Source: Macrostomum hystrix
Lineage: Eukaryota; Animalia; Platyhelminthes
Length of the DNA stretch: 64,000 nt
Assembly: GCA_950097015.1 (NCBI GenBank)
Contig: CATNEN010000038.1
Span: forward strand, 32,426,001-32,490,000
Direction: 5' to 3'
Shown here: positions 62,327-64,000 of the stretch, piece by piece
How the letters are laid out: every line of letters begins with the position of its first letter
Position numbering within the stretch: position 1 is the stretch's first letter
Notes under the pieces: model-generated
The model's database searches: none
What the model saw: only the letters and a program-made list of their open reading frames with translations
Told to the model about the DNA's origin: nothing
Position numbers and translations under genes: made by a program

Positions 62327-63709
62327 TTAAATAGGGAAGCTTGCTGCTTTAACCGGACCTTTTTCAAGGACGCTTCTGGTTTAAGCTGAGTAACTCTTTG
62401 TGAAATAAATTTGCGGGACTAATCATTTAGTGCCCCGTACAGAAACAGAAGTTGATAAGCTTACTACTACGCTTACAAGTTCGTAAACGTTTCTTTGACA
62501 CTTAAATTTTTGACGCACTAATACTTCTGTTTCGCACAACATTTCATTACATTTATTTTATTTTCGAGACTTATATTTCAGTCGGCAAAATTATTTTGTT
62601 GACACTCAGTTTTGCAATGTCACAGGGGCCTAATCTCAAAAAGGAATAAGAATCTGATGACATTCTGCTGTTTAAAATTATGATAATTTAATGACAAGAG
62701 GAATATTTTACATGCCGATTCAAGCCAGGAATAATGCAGTTACTACACTAGGAAATATTGGTGGCAACGAACTTCTATTGCCTAGGATTGCATGCTCGCT
62801 TTTTGTTGTTATTGCTGTCGTCAATTGGTTTTTGTGGTTGTCATTTTGAGAGAGAACTTTGCTCTTGTTTTGTCATTTGCTCGTTGATAGAAATTCCATA
62901 ATTCTGCGTTAAAAAGAAAATCCCTGTTAACAGCAGAATAACCACGAATGAGACACGATAAAATAACCGATGAAACAACTTCTAGAGTGACAAAACATGG
63001 ACATCATCGAGATATTCAACGATTCTTGCGGCAAAAACCATCAATATTGGCATAACTTTTCTACTCACAGAATTGTATCATGCTACCATCCATGTCGGCT
63101 ATCATTTATTGATCATATTGGCTTGGTTATATTGTTCATGCCGACTAGGGCGGCTTTGAAATTTAGTTTGTCATAAAGAGCGAAAGATGGAACTGAAGAT
63201 TCCGCATCTCAATCGGCTCAGAAATTTCTTCACATGCCGAGTGATCTTCCTGCCAGTGCTGGTCATTTTTTGAACCTCAAATAGATCATTCCTGAACTGC
63301 AGCTGTACTTGTCTTTTACGCAATCTGACTGTCTGGCTCATGCTATTCTCACAATATGCCTGCTGCAACTTTCGCAGAGTCCGCGAATATCTTGATTCGA
63401 TTAAGTATTGACTTTGAGCGTTTCTTAAAATCTGACGTCATTGACGTCTTGCTTTTGACTAGCCGATATGGGCGATTTTTAAATACTAAAAAACGTTTCT
63501 GTACTTAAAATTTTTGTGCGGTGAAGCATGCCAATCTAAATAGCATTCTAAAAACCTGAGACATGACCATAATCTGAAATTCAGTAAATACAGCGTCAAA
63601 CAAAAAGTCCCAAAAGTTTCCGTAGCCGAATAGTTTCTGTAGCCGAACTTTAAAAGGGATTTAGATAAATCAAAGCTCAAAAGAGGACTATGAAGTATTT
63701 ATGAAGTAT

Positions 63710-63790
63710 TTGTGTTTTTGAGCACGACAATTATACTACCATAGTGCTTTAATTTACCCAGCTGTAAAACGGGCACCAGAATTCGCTTCT
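63710..63790 (+). mobile_element. SINE central-domain remnant
   Basis: TGTGTTTTTGAGCACGACA...TGCTTTAATTTACCCAGCTGTAAAACGGGCACC resembles 60852-60920. Confidence 0.45.
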
Positions 63791-64000
63791 TAAGATCACG
63801 TACTAATAGCTATACGCATTGTTCAGAAGTGATGCCGAGTAGCTTTAGCATGGCTACTGGCTGTACATCTTGCGAGCAACAATTTACAATGCAAACTTCT
63901 TATTACCCATGCGTTTCGTCCGACAATAGGACATCACCAAGTCGATTTAGTTAATAAAACTAGCAAATGGTTAAAGCTGGGATATCAATAACAAGATGAA

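Overview
Eukaryotic, intron-containing invertebrate DNA; the retroelement families and short introns suggest a free-living flatworm such as Macrostomum (inference, not verified). The window holds a cluster of orphan rhodopsin-like 7TM receptor genes sharing one 3-exon structure: two intact genes on the minus strand at the left, four on the plus strand at the right, one pseudogene and several fragments. Between the outward-facing receptor arrays is a recently amplified ~20-kb block (28.4-48.6 kb) with five almost identical copies of a gene for a 63-aa secreted precursor (21-aa signal peptide + 42-aa acidic peptide with six Cys). The copies alternate + - + - +, and each has an ETS-site/TATA promoter and a poly(A) signal. 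Receptor paralogue pairs are nearly identical in TM segments and intron 2 but diverge in extracellular segments. The leading hypothesis is a linked peptide-ligand/receptor (pheromone- or recognition-like) locus; linkage alone does not prove it. The rest is mostly transposon DNA: a near full-length LOA-like LINE, RTE and I/Ingi-like remnants, a decayed Polinton/adintovirus-type pPolB, a Gypsy integrase/LTR piece, tRNA-derived SINEs, a possible DIRS/Ngaro remnant and an 18-bp minisatellite.
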